Below are positions 1-8,635 of a stretch of 45,450 nt of DNA, piece after piece; positions within the stretch are counted from its first letter, which is position 1, and the number at the start of each line of letters is the position of its first letter. The notes under the pieces are model-generated. The model was not told the origin of the DNA, did no database searches, and worked only from the letters and a program-made list of their open reading frames with translations. Source of the stretch: a virus (Duplodnaviria; Caudoviricetes); the IMG/VR virus record IMGVR_UViG_3300035006_000010, positions 1 to 45,450 of that record; one strand, written 5' to 3'. The translations under genes were made by a program, and so were the position numbers.

Positions 1-444
1 TCAACCCTCGCCGGGCGTATCCTCGATCGTCCACTGTCTCGGCCGATGCTCGGCGAAGAGCGCGATAATCCGCGCCACCTCCGCTTCCATGGCGCGAATC
101 GCCTCGCCGACCGGCGCGGCCGGCGGTCGATCGTCTGTCAGCTTGCCGCAGAGGTCCGCGTCGAGCAGGATGCCAGCGCAGGCGATGATCGAGGCGAGAT
201 GCGGCACGCCGGTGACCGGGTCGGCCGCCTCGCCGTTCCACCAGGACGCCAGGTGCCGGTCAAGCGCCGAGCGGTAGACCGAGGCGCGCACGCCGGCGAC
301 GCGCCAGTTGTAGGCGCCGTATTTCGCCGCGCCCTCGGCGAAGGCCAGCGCTGCGAAGACCCTGACCGTATCGGGAACCAGGTGAAGCGGCAGCTTCGAG
401 ATGGCCAGCGCGTCCTTCGGGTTCGTCGGCTTGGAATCGCTCAC
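1..444 (-). CDS. dATP/dGTP diphosphohydrolase domain protein (DUF5664-like)
   Basis: GTG start at 444 overlaps the upstream TGA (GTGA); motifs NPKD..K.PLHL.P, GAAKYGAYNWR, RH...WW.GE..DP.TG.PHLA. Confidence 0.8.
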   Translation of the reverse strand: MSDSKPTNPKDALAISKLPLHLVPDTVRVFAALAFAEGAAKYGAYNWRVAGVRASVYRSALDRHLASWWNGEAADPVTGVPHLASIIACAGILLDADLCGKLTDDRPPAAPVGEAIRAMEAEVARIIALFAEHRPRQWTIEDTPGEG

Positions 445-1808
445 GCCGCCCTCCTGATCGAGACCCAGTCCTCGCCGCCCTTGCCCTGCGGCTCCTCGAG
501 CTGGATTTCCCAGCGCGAGGTGATGCCGCGGCGCGGATGCACGAACCAGAGCGGCTGGCAGGGCGAGGCCGGCGGGGCGCGCAGGGCGTTCTTGGCGTAT
601 TCGTCCCAGCCCTTGAGCGTGCCCGAGACGATGACGCGCGGCAGCCAGAGCATCTGGTGCCAGTGGCCGATGACGAGCACGTCGTAATCGAGCCCGAGCC
701 CCGCCGCCTGCTTGCCGACCTTGGTCTCGCCGCGCGCGATCGGCCCGAGCGAGCCTATGATGCCGTCGCCGCCCTTCACGCCGAGCATGTCGCCATGCAT
801 CGCCAGATAGCGCTGGCCATAGACCCGGTAATGCACCTCGTTGGTGTCGGGAATGTCGAAGGTGATGCGGTCGTCGTCGGCGAAGTGGCGCTGCAGCAGC
901 TGATAGATCAGCCAGTCGAAATTCTTCCAGACATAGCGCTTGAACTCGGGCTTCTGCGTCGCCCGGCCGTGGTTCCCGGCGGCGCAGGGGCAATAGACCT
1001 GGCCGAAGGCGTCCGCCATCTGCCCGAGCGCCCAGATCATCAGATCGACGCAGCGCAGCACGGTCGGCAGCACCTCCTCGGCGTCCGTCTTGGCAAGCTC
1101 GGGATGCAGCCCGCCGCTGACGAAATCGCCGAGCAGGTTGACGACGATGCCGGGATACTGGCCCGGCCCATGCTCGCGGGCCAGCGAGACCGTGACCTCG
1201 ACGAGCCGGCGCACGCGCCGCTCGGCGATCCGCGGATCGAAGGCGTTGCGGCCGTTCGTCTCCGAGGACGAGACGACCTCGCCCATGTGCCAGTCCGACC
1301 AGACGGTGACGGGAACCTCCGGCGTCTTGGGCCCATGCGAAAGCGGCGCGAGGATCCATGCCGGAGGCGACGCCGGCGGCGTGGCGAGAGAGCCGATCAG
1401 TCCGCGCACAACATCGGCGTCGATCTCGGCGCGGTGCAGGTCGCGGAGCTGTTTGCGCAGTCGCACGACCTCGTCTTCGAGGCCGACGAGCTTGCGCCGC
1501 TCGGCGGGCTCGACCACTGCCGGCCCGGCGTTCCTGCGCTTCGGGGCGTCCGCAGGACGCGGCGCGGGTTCCGGCGGCGCGACGCCATTGGGCGCAAGCC
1601 CGTGCGACGCATGCGCCACCCGCAGCCGGTTGCGCAGCGCCGAGGACGAGATGCCCAGAGCCAGCGCCGCCTCCTTCAGGGCCGAGCGCCCTGCCCCGCC
1701 ATGGGCGAGCGGCCAGAGCGCGCCGGTCTCGACCGCGATCTCGACGGCCTCGACCGAGCGGCGCGCCTCATCCGCCGAGAGCGGCTGTTGCATGTTCGGC
1801 CGCGGCAT
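441..1808 (-). CDS. HTH + coiled coil + calcineurin-like metallophosphoesterase
   Basis: Motifs SDWH, GD, GNHG, HGD, GHWH; N-terminal HTH (LKEAALALGISSSALRNRL); TGATG overlap with upstream gene. Confidence 0.85.
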   Translation of the reverse strand: MPRPNMQQPLSADEARRSVEAVEIAVETGALWPLAHGGAGRSALKEAALALGISSSALRNRLRVAHASHGLAPNGVAPPEPAPRPADAPKRRNAGPAVVEPAERRKLVGLEDEVVRLRKQLRDLHRAEIDADVVRGLIGSLATPPASPPAWILAPLSHGPKTPEVPVTVWSDWHMGEVVSSSETNGRNAFDPRIAERRVRRLVEVTVSLAREHGPGQYPGIVVNLLGDFVSGGLHPELAKTDAEEVLPTVLRCVDLMIWALGQMADAFGQVYCPCAAGNHGRATQKPEFKRYVWKNFDWLIYQLLQRHFADDDRITFDIPDTNEVHYRVYGQRYLAMHGDMLGVKGGDGIIGSLGPIARGETKVGKQAAGLGLDYDVLVIGHWHQMLWLPRVIVSGTLKGWDEYAKNALRAPPASPCQPLWFVHPRRGITSRWEIQLEEPQGKGGEDWVSIRRAA

Positions 1809-2173
1809 CAGGCCGGGGCCCCGAGCACGGCGCTCTCCAGAGTCGCGGCGCTCTCCAGCTTCAGCGGCAGGATCAGGCAGACCTGCACGCCTTCGCCGAA
1901 CAGCACCAGCGCGGCGTCGGGGCCGACCAGCAGGATGACGAGATCGGGCGCGAGCGGCCGGGGCGGCTCGCCATGGGATTGCCGGAGGCTCGCCATGGCG
2001 CGGGCCGCGTCATCGTCGCGCCAGAGCAGCAGGCGGGCGCCGCCTTCCGCCATCGTCGTCGCCTCGGTCAGCACCGATTCGAGCGGGCGGCAGCCTTCCT
2101 GCGCGAACAGGGCCGATGGATTGAGCAGGATGGCGGCGAGCAGAAGCGCGCCGGCGCGAAGCACGGTCAACAT
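1808..2173 (-). CDS. Secreted hypothetical protein
   Basis: ATG 2173 with AAAGGA upstream; signal peptide MLTVLRAGALLLAAILLNPSALFA. Confidence 0.7.
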   Translation of the reverse strand: MLTVLRAGALLLAAILLNPSALFAQEGCRPLESVLTEATTMAEGGARLLLWRDDDAARAMASLRQSHGEPPRPLAPDLVILLVGPDAALVLFGEGVQVCLILPLKLESAATLESAVLGAPA

Positions 2174-2195
2174 GGCGTTCGTCCTTTCGGGGTGG

Positions 2196-2540
2196 TCAGG
2201 CTGCGGATTTCGGAGGGCGGCGGGGCGAGGGCTGCCCCTCGATGACGCGGTCGATGCGTTCGTTGAGATGGCTGACCTGGCCGCCGACGCCCTCGATCGC
2301 GCCGATGATGCGTTCCATCTGCTCGCGCAGGCCGACCTTGGAGACATAGGTCTCGGCGACATGCAGCTTGTGCTCGTGCAACACCGCCTGCAGCACCTCG
2401 GCGCGGGCGCCGGCGGCGGCGGCGGCCGTCATCGCCTCGGCTCGCGCCCGGTTGACGATCGTCTCGACCCGGACCCAGGCCGTGGTGACGAAACCGATCA
2501 CCAGGATCGCGAGGGAAACCAGTTCGGTCGTGACGGTCAT
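2196..2540 (-). CDS. Lysis-cassette membrane protein (N-terminal TM + coiled coil)
   Basis: ATG 2540 overlaps holin stop (ATGA); TM LVSLAILVIGFVTTAW then helical region. Confidence 0.7.
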   Translation of the reverse strand: MTVTTELVSLAILVIGFVTTAWVRVETIVNRARAEAMTAAAAAGARAEVLQAVLHEHKLHVAETYVSKVGLREQMERIIGAIEGVGGQVSHLNERIDRVIEGQPSPRRPPKSAA

Positions 2541-3100
2541 CGCACCCCCTTTCGGCCGAAGCCGATCAGCGGGGCGATCTCCTTCAGCGTGTGCCCGCCA
2601 TTGAAGACGGCGAGCCAGGTCAGCGTCACCGAGCCCCAGGCCGAGACCATCTCGGCGACGGACAGGAGAGGCCTGACGCCGGCATTGCCGCCAAACAGCG
2701 CCGTCAGCAGCAGCACGCTCCAGCCGGCGATGATCAGCCCCTGCCACGCGCCGCGCCAGAACTGCCACGCGCCAAAGCCTTTCTCGACCTCGGCCGCCTG
2801 CGCGGCCGCGCCGCGCTGCGCCTCGATCTCCCAGAGCCGGATCATCTCCGCCGCGCTCGCCTCGACGCGGGCGACGATCGCCGGGGCCGAGCCTTGCGTC
2901 TCGATCGCCTCCTTCACGGCCTCCGGCGTCGCCGGAGTGCCGAGATTGGCGGCCAGCCCCTCGATCGCCTTGCCGGCGAGGCCGCCGACCACGGCCCCGG
3001 CCGGGCCGCCGACGGCGGTTCCGATCATTGTGCCGAGCTGCGGCGCGCCGAGTTTGAAGAGCTGGCCCGCGAGCGAGCCGAGCGTGTTGGCGAGATCCAT
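2537..3100 (-). CDS. Putative holin (GTA 3TM-holin-like)
   Basis: Follows endolysin; GAP.LG...GGPAG Gly-rich N-terminus and two C-terminal hydrophobic segments; GGAGG SD. Confidence 0.65.
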   Translation of the reverse strand: MDLANTLGSLAGQLFKLGAPQLGTMIGTAVGGPAGAVVGGLAGKAIEGLAANLGTPATPEAVKEAIETQGSAPAIVARVEASAAEMIRLWEIEAQRGAAAQAAEVEKGFGAWQFWRGAWQGLIIAGWSVLLLTALFGGNAGVRPLLSVAEMVSAWGSVTLTWLAVFNGGHTLKEIAPLIGFGRKGVR

Positions 3101-3102
3101 GG

Positions 3103-3963
3103 TCAGCCTCCAAGGGCGCGGCGGAAGGCGGCGACGAGCCGCGCGAAGAAGCCCGGCGCCGCCGGGACGGGCTCAGGCTCAGGCGGCGGGGGGACGGCGA
3201 CGGGCGCGGCAGGAAGCGGTGCAGCCGGGGCCGGTGCGACCTTTTCGGGAGCAGGCGGAGAAGGCAGCGGCGGCGCGGCGGTCTCCGACGGCGGCGGCTG
3301 GACGGCCGCCACGCCCTTGCCGGGCCAGTCATTGGGCCAGTTCGCCCATTTGCCCTTCCGCAGGGCCGCGGCCTCGGCGCGCATCCGCGCGGCGTAGACG
3401 CCGTTCAGGCCGCCGCCATTGTAGACCTCCTCGACCGTGTCGAAGTCGGCGCGGGCCAGCGCCGGCCTGAGCCCGTTCTTGACGAGGAAATTGCTGAAGG
3501 CGTGAAGCTGGCGCACCTCGGAATCGGTGAAGGCGTCGAACATCGCCCGCGCCGAGGGGAAGCCGCAGGTCTCATGGTTGAAGCCCATGATCTGGAATTT
3601 GCCGATGCTGATCGCCTCGAAGGCGGCGTCGGCGTCGTAATCGATCATGCGCTGCAGCAGCGCGTAACGCGGGCCGGGGCCGTTGGTCATGCGCCTGTAG
3701 TGGCCGGACGCCCTGGTCGCGGCGTAGCTCTTGGTCGCAAGGCCAAGCCTGAGCGCCTGCGCCCGCCGGGAGACCGGCAGGGCCGAATGGAACTTGTGCG
3801 GCTCGGGCAGGATCTTGATCCGCCCGTCGGGAAACCAGCCGAAGCCGCCCGATTCGACCTCGGCGATGGCCTCCAGCGTGGCGGGGTGGCAGCCCAGCTT
3901 CGAGGCGAGCGCCGCCATGTCGTCATTGCCGATCGCCTGCGCGCGGCCCTGTCCCAGCATCAT
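3103..3963 (-). CDS. Endolysin, N-acetylmuramidase (DUF3380-like)
   Basis: A..EVES.G.G...G..KIL.E.H.F, S.G.FQIMGFN....G, YNG motifs; GGGAG SD. Confidence 0.9.
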   Translation of the reverse strand: MMLGQGRAQAIGNDDMAALASKLGCHPATLEAIAEVESGGFGWFPDGRIKILPEPHKFHSALPVSRRAQALRLGLATKSYAATRASGHYRRMTNGPGPRYALLQRMIDYDADAAFEAISIGKFQIMGFNHETCGFPSARAMFDAFTDSEVRQLHAFSNFLVKNGLRPALARADFDTVEEVYNGGGLNGVYAARMRAEAAALRKGKWANWPNDWPGKGVAAVQPPPSETAAPPLPSPPAPEKVAPAPAAPLPAAPVAVPPPPEPEPVPAAPGFFARLVAAFRRALGG

Positions 3964-3976
3964 GGCTGGCTCCCAT

Positions 3977-4000
3977 AAAAAAGCCGCCCGGAGGGGCGGC
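3977..4000 (-). terminator. Rho-independent terminator before the lysis cassette
   Basis: GCCGCCC-CTCC-GGGCGGC followed by T6 on the minus strand. Confidence 0.75.
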
Positions 4001-4028
4001 GACACTGGCCGACGGGAAACGTCCGGCC

Positions 4029-4634
4029 TCAGACGGCCTCGAGGTAGCCGTTCATCCCGAAGACGACGAACATCGTCTCCGGGCCGTTGTTGACGACCGT
4101 GCCGGTGATCGGAAAACCGGCCGGGTAGACCAGCGGCGAGACGAAGTGGATGTGCTTGTTGTCGGTCGTCACGGTGTATCCGCCGACGATCGAGAGCCCG
4201 TTCTGGCGATGCCGCCGCCCCGTCGTGGTGATCGTGCCGTGCGCCTTCGTCTGGCCGACGATGCCGTTCGGATGCGGGTAGCTCTCCAGCACCACCTGGG
4301 ACACGCCTGCGGAATAGTCGCAGAGCGCCTTGTCCTGGAAGAACAGGTCGGTGACGCAGGCGCGATGGCCGGCGGGCGCGGTCACCGGGAAAGACCACGT
4401 CGTCTCCGCCGGGCCATAGGGGTTGATGAAGTCGATGCTGCGATAGACGCCGTCATTGGGCAGTTCCATCGAGCCGCGCGCATTGAAATAGATGCGCGGC
4501 GGCAGGCGCTCGATGATCTCGTCGAGCCTGTCGAGCTTGCCGGACACCTCGTCGAGGCGAGCGCACAGGCCGGGCAGCGACATCAGCGCGATCAGCGCAT
4601 CGAGCTTTTCGCAAACGCTGGGCAGATCGGTCAT
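4029..4634 (-). CDS. Hypothetical protein (N-terminal heptads, beta-rich C-terminus)
   Basis: Tightly packed ORF with GAGG SD in the tail-fibre cluster. Confidence 0.7.
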   Translation of the reverse strand: MTDLPSVCEKLDALIALMSLPGLCARLDEVSGKLDRLDEIIERLPPRIYFNARGSMELPNDGVYRSIDFINPYGPAETTWSFPVTAPAGHRACVTDLFFQDKALCDYSAGVSQVVLESYPHPNGIVGQTKAHGTITTTGRRHRQNGLSIVGGYTVTTDNKHIHFVSPLVYPAGFPITGTVVNNGPETMFVVFGMNGYLEAV

Positions 4635-4643
4635 CGCCGCGCC

Positions 4644-5150
4644 TCAGAACTGCTTGGCGAGCGCGACGACGGCCTTGCTCGGCTGCGGCCAACGCTCTTC
4701 GCCCTCGGGCGTCGCGCCGGCGTTCCTGGCCAGATCGGCCACGCGGGCCCGCACGGCGTCGATCCAGGCGCGGCCCTCGCGCGCTGTCTTCACCATCTCG
4801 CGCTCGGCCTTGGTGCGGTCGGCCTCCGCCGTCGCCGCGATCAGCGCCATGGCGAGGCTGAGATTGGCCTGGCCCGTCGCGCTGATGACGCCATGGATCA
4901 GGCGGCCCGCCTCATCTTTCAGGCCGATGAGCACGGACGTCGGGTCGGGCTTCGGGGCGGAAGGCGCGGTGAACGTCTCGCCATCGTGACGCCACCCCTC
5001 GGCGACCTCGGCCGGGGCCTCGATCCAGCCATGCCCCGCCCCGAACAGCGCTTCGAGGTCGAACTCGGCCGGCAGGTCCTTCGTCTCGACGACAAGGCCA
5101 TCGGCGAGCCGCGCATAGTGTTTCATGGTCATGTTATTTGTCCCCGTCAC
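4644..5150 (-). CDS. Tail fibre assembly/chaperone-like protein
   Basis: Directly after fibre; YARL.DG.VVE...W......V..GW..DG..FTAP pattern; start may be 5126. Confidence 0.65.
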   Translation of the reverse strand: MTGTNNMTMKHYARLADGLVVETKDLPAEFDLEALFGAGHGWIEAPAEVAEGWRHDGETFTAPSAPKPDPTSVLIGLKDEAGRLIHGVISATGQANLSLAMALIAATAEADRTKAEREMVKTAREGRAWIDAVRARVADLARNAGATPEGEERWPQPSKAVVALAKQF

Positions 5151-6322
5151 GGCGCGAAGCGGCTAAAATACTGGATCTGGATGATTCCAGCCCCACCGTT
5201 GCCGCCGAACTGAAAATTACCTCCACCATCAGCGCCGCCCGGCCCGCCGCCGCCGGGTGAAGACCCCGGATTGTTGATCCCGCTATTGGTGAAGGGACGC
5301 TGCGTGGGCTGTCCCCAGATCGAGCCGCCGCCGGTGCCGACAATGCCTTCGCACCCGATTTGGCCAGCATAATTGACGTTGCCGCCGGTGCCGTTGCCGC
5401 CAATGACCTGCACGGCGTTGACGCCATTATTGGCCCCGTTGCCCGCGGCGCCGCCGGTTCCGGTTCTGCCAAACATGGCGCTGGTTCCGCCGGCCGTGCC
5501 GGTAAAGCCCGCGCCCGACGGGCTGGCGAGGCCACCTTGGCCGACGGTATAGGCGTTGCTCGATCCGGGCGTGACCGCCACGGCAAAGCTCTCGGACGCA
5601 CCGCCGCCACCGCCGCCACCCGCGCGCGACGCGCTCGTCCCCGAGTTGCCGCCGCTGCCGCCGCCGCCGATGACCATGAGACGGCTGATGATCGACACGT
5701 CCGCCGGGGCATCCCAGTTGCCGGACGCCGCCGTCAGCGCGACCGTGCGAAGCGTGCCGGCCGTGATGCTGCGGACCTTGGCCGGCGAGATGCCGGTGAT
5801 GACGAAGGCCGTGCCGGTGGCGACGACATGGACCCGCTCGCCGGCGACCCAGTTCAACGCCTCGATCGGCGATCCATCGGCCCATGTGATCGGCAGCGCC
5901 GCAAACCCGTTCAGCGCGAGCGTCGTGCCGCCGTCTGCCGAATCCGAGGCCGGGACGAAGACGAAGGTCGCGCCGGTGATCTCGCTATAGGCCGTGATGG
6001 CGGGGTCGAGCACGGCGGTCAGACCGGTCGCCGTGCCGCCGATGGCGGAGAGATACCAGAACCCCCTGCGGACGGAACGAGTCAGCAGATCGTCGTCGAG
6101 ATTGGTGACAGGATGGCCCGATTTCCGGACGAGCGAGCGCAGATTGGCGATCAGCGCATTGAGCAGACCGGCGCGCCATTCCGTTCCGTCGCGCGCCTCC
6201 GGCGAGCTGCAGTCCTTGAACCAGTCATCCGCGTCTCCGCCGGCGTTCAGCGGGTTGACCGCCGGGCGCGTGGCGGAACCACGCGCCGCGAACCACGCGG
6301 TCGGTCCCCAGAGATTGGTCAT
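5147..6322 (-). CDS. Tail fibre protein with glycine-rich C-terminal domain
   Basis: After baseplate genes; N-terminal A..LN....NL..LV..SG anchor-like segment; GGGG.GG-rich tip. Confidence 0.8.
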   Translation of the reverse strand: MTNLWGPTAWFAARGSATRPAVNPLNAGGDADDWFKDCSSPEARDGTEWRAGLLNALIANLRSLVRKSGHPVTNLDDDLLTRSVRRGFWYLSAIGGTATGLTAVLDPAITAYSEITGATFVFVPASDSADGGTTLALNGFAALPITWADGSPIEALNWVAGERVHVVATGTAFVITGISPAKVRSITAGTLRTVALTAASGNWDAPADVSIISRLMVIGGGGSGGNSGTSASRAGGGGGGGASESFAVAVTPGSSNAYTVGQGGLASPSGAGFTGTAGGTSAMFGRTGTGGAAGNGANNGVNAVQVIGGNGTGGNVNYAGQIGCEGIVGTGGGSIWGQPTQRPFTNSGINNPGSSPGGGGPGGADGGGNFQFGGNGGAGIIQIQYFSRFAP

Positions 6323-6332
6323 GTCGGTGTCC

Positions 6333-6968
6333 TCAGACGGTTGAGAAGATCAGGTCGGCATGCGCCGGGGCGATGCGTCGGATCAGGCATGCGAGCGGGG
6401 CAATGCCGGGATCGCAGTCGAAGGCATCGCCGAGCAGCATGAGGCCCATGATCGGGCCGGTCGCGGCCGGGATCGTGTAGGCGGGCGAGGCCGCGAGGTT
6501 GACGGCGATGCGCCAGGCCACGCCCTGCTCGGCCCCCATGATGATCGTGCCCATCAGGCCAAAGCCCATGGCGCAGTCCTCGACGACGGTGACGAACTCC
6601 TGCGCGATCGCGATCGACCAGCCGCGCTTCAGCGCGGCGGCCTCGGCATAGGCCGGGATCGAATCGCCGACGGCGTTGACCTTTTCGCAGACGTCCGCGA
6701 ACGGGTCGCAGCCATCGGGCACGCCATGCTCGAGCGCCCAGAGATCGAGCGTCTCGTTCGCGGTCGAGCAGAAGAACTCGTCGATCAGCGCGCAGAAGCG
6801 CCGCTCGGTCGGGCCGAAGGCCGCGCCGAACGCGGCAAAGACCCGGCCCATGCCGGAGCCTTCCAGCCCGTCATGGCCGCCATTGCGCCAGGCGTCGCCG
6901 CGCGGGCGCAAGTCCGCGATCCACTGCGCGACCTCCTCGTCGCTGTGGCAGAGATCGGTGCTGGCCAT
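6333..6968 (-). CDS. Baseplate wedge protein (Mu gp48/DUF2313-like)
   Basis: L.P.G.AW and C.I.R..PAH motifs; follows gp47. Confidence 0.8.
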   Translation of the reverse strand: MASTDLCHSDEEVAQWIADLRPRGDAWRNGGHDGLEGSGMGRVFAAFGAAFGPTERRFCALIDEFFCSTANETLDLWALEHGVPDGCDPFADVCEKVNAVGDSIPAYAEAAALKRGWSIAIAQEFVTVVEDCAMGFGLMGTIIMGAEQGVAWRIAVNLAASPAYTIPAATGPIMGLMLLGDAFDCDPGIAPLACLIRRIAPAHADLIFSTV

Positions 6969-6975
6969 GATGCGC

Positions 6976-8085
6976 TCAGGCGAAGGTGAGGGAACCGGGC
7001 ACGGCCGTCTGGCCGGCCGTCAGCGTCGTGTCGGTCGTCGGCGTCACCAGCACATGGCGTTGCTCGCCCGAGGCGTTCGCCGCCGCCTGCCAGAGCCAGG
7101 ACCGAGAGAATATCTCCGGCGTCGCGAGGAACGGCATGGAGGGGTGCGGCTCGGCGAGCCCCGAGACGCGGGAGTTGCGGAAGAACGTGGTCGCGATCTC
7201 GGCCGCGACCGCCGCCTGCACCTCTGGCGTGTTCGGCGACAGGCCGGAGAAGGTGATGTCGATCGGCACGGCTTCCGGGATCCGCACCACCGGCAGCGCC
7301 GCGCCGGCGCCGGCCTCGCGCAAGGCGAGGCGCACCGCCTGCCGGTCGCTTTCCAGCGGGATGCCGTTTGGGCGCGACAGGTCGAAAAAAGGATAGATGA
7401 CGACGGTGCCTCGGCCATGGCCGAGCGGCTCGATGAAGGCCCGCGTCACGCCGGGCACGGCGAGCGCATAGCGCAGCCAGTCGGCCGGCGCGCCGGCATG
7501 GTCGGGGAACGCCTTGGCGAAGAGCAGCCGGGCGCGATAGGCGTCCGGTTCCTCGCGGTCGGCCGCGCCGCCGAGCCCGTCGGCCGCCACCGCGAAGGTC
7601 GCCGTGCCGGTCAGGCCCGCGCTCGCGGCCAGCACGGCGTCGGCATCCGTCGCGCCGTTCGCGCCGGCCACCGCCGCCGTGACCTGCACGGTCGCGGAGC
7701 CGGCCCCGGCCAGCACGATGCCGGCGTCGACCGTGAAGACCGCGCCATCGGAGCGGGTCAGGGTCGCGCCCGTGTCGAGCGTGATCGCGGTCGTGGCGGT
7801 GACGGTGACCGGGCCCTTTGCGGGCGTCGCCCCCTTGCGCGGCACGGCGGGCTTCATCTCCGCCCCGTGCCGGTCGAGCTGGTCGTCGGCGCAGGTCAGG
7901 ACGAAGCGCTGGTCGGCCGCAAAGGCGGCGAAGCGCTCGAGCTCATAACGCACCCCGCCGATGATCTTGGCCGTGGGTTTGAGGTTGTTGCGGGCAAGCG
8001 CCGCGTCGGCGCCCGGCAGATTGGCGTTGAAGGCGCGGACGGTGTCGGTGACGAGTTCGCGAAGGCTGCGCGTGATCCAGGGCAT
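6976..8085 (-). CDS. Baseplate J / Mu gp47-like protein
   Basis: GGAADRE..D.YR.R, W.L.VPGVTRA, G.GTV motifs. Confidence 0.92.
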   Translation of the reverse strand: MPWITRSLRELVTDTVRAFNANLPGADAALARNNLKPTAKIIGGVRYELERFAAFAADQRFVLTCADDQLDRHGAEMKPAVPRKGATPAKGPVTVTATTAITLDTGATLTRSDGAVFTVDAGIVLAGAGSATVQVTAAVAGANGATDADAVLAASAGLTGTATFAVAADGLGGAADREEPDAYRARLLFAKAFPDHAGAPADWLRYALAVPGVTRAFIEPLGHGRGTVVIYPFFDLSRPNGIPLESDRQAVRLALREAGAGAALPVVRIPEAVPIDITFSGLSPNTPEVQAAVAAEIATTFFRNSRVSGLAEPHPSMPFLATPEIFSRSWLWQAAANASGEQRHVLVTPTTDTTLTAGQTAVPGSLTFA

Positions 8086-8089
8086 GCGG

Positions 8090-8635
8090 TCAGCCTCTCG
8101 CCTCGTTCTGAAGGTCGCGCCAGAGCCGGGCGAAGCGCTGGCTGTAGGCGAGTTCGCCGGCCCGGTCGGTGATTTGGATATCGAGCCAGACGCCCCGGCG
8201 CGGGTTTTCGATCAGCCCGGCCTCGACCGTGACCGAGGCCGCGACCCTGTCGCGCAGCATCCAGGCGAGTGCTTCCGCTGCATAGATCCGGGCGCGCTCG
8301 GAGATGGCCGGCGTCGCGACCTCGTTCTTCAGCGTCCAGAGCAGGCTGCCGTCCTCCTCGGGCTCCTCGCCCTCGGGCGCGACGCGCGCGCCCCACCAGC
8401 CGCGCCGGTCTGTCACGTCGGGCCGCCAGCCTTCCGGCGCGCGGTTGTCGGTGAAGAGCGAATTGACGACGGCCGAGGCAAGCTGGCCCGTGGCGTCGAG
8501 CCCGCCGGGGTTGACCGGGTCGGCGGCGGGTGCAACGCGCCAGTCGCCGAGCTGCTCGGCCTCGTCCCAGAACGTCGCCCAGAACAGCGCAGGCTCGGCG
8601 GCCGCAGCCCGTGAGATCGCGATGTCGTAACTCAT
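8090..8635 (-). CDS. Mu gp46-like baseplate protein
   Basis: L..AV..SLFTD.RA, D.RGWWG, GS.LW.L, YA.EAL.WM motifs. Confidence 0.9.
   Translation of the reverse strand: MSYDIAISRAAAAEPALFWATFWDEAEQLGDWRVAPAADPVNPGGLDATGQLASAVVNSLFTDNRAPEGWRPDVTDRRGWWGARVAPEGEEPEEDGSLLWTLKNEVATPAISERARIYAAEALAWMLRDRVAASVTVEAGLIENPRRGVWLDIQITDRAGELAYSQRFARLWRDLQNEARG

Noticed and set aside
1-444. 2-aminoadenine (Z) genome pathway from the diphosphohydrolase plus HD hydrolase
   Set aside because: No PurZ or DpoZ in the window; the HD protein looks YfdR-like and sits with DUF2303
537-3470. Very long opposite-strand ORFs (537-3470, 8945-12043, 14308-16167, 20864-22798, 26930-29422 and others)
   Set aside because: Shadow ORFs of high-GC coding sequence; they lie antisense to motif-supported genes and have no recognisable domains
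5147-5500. Asn-rich fibre tip as a diversity-generating retroelement target
   Set aside because: No reverse transcriptase and no second near-identical template copy seen; no invertase cassette either
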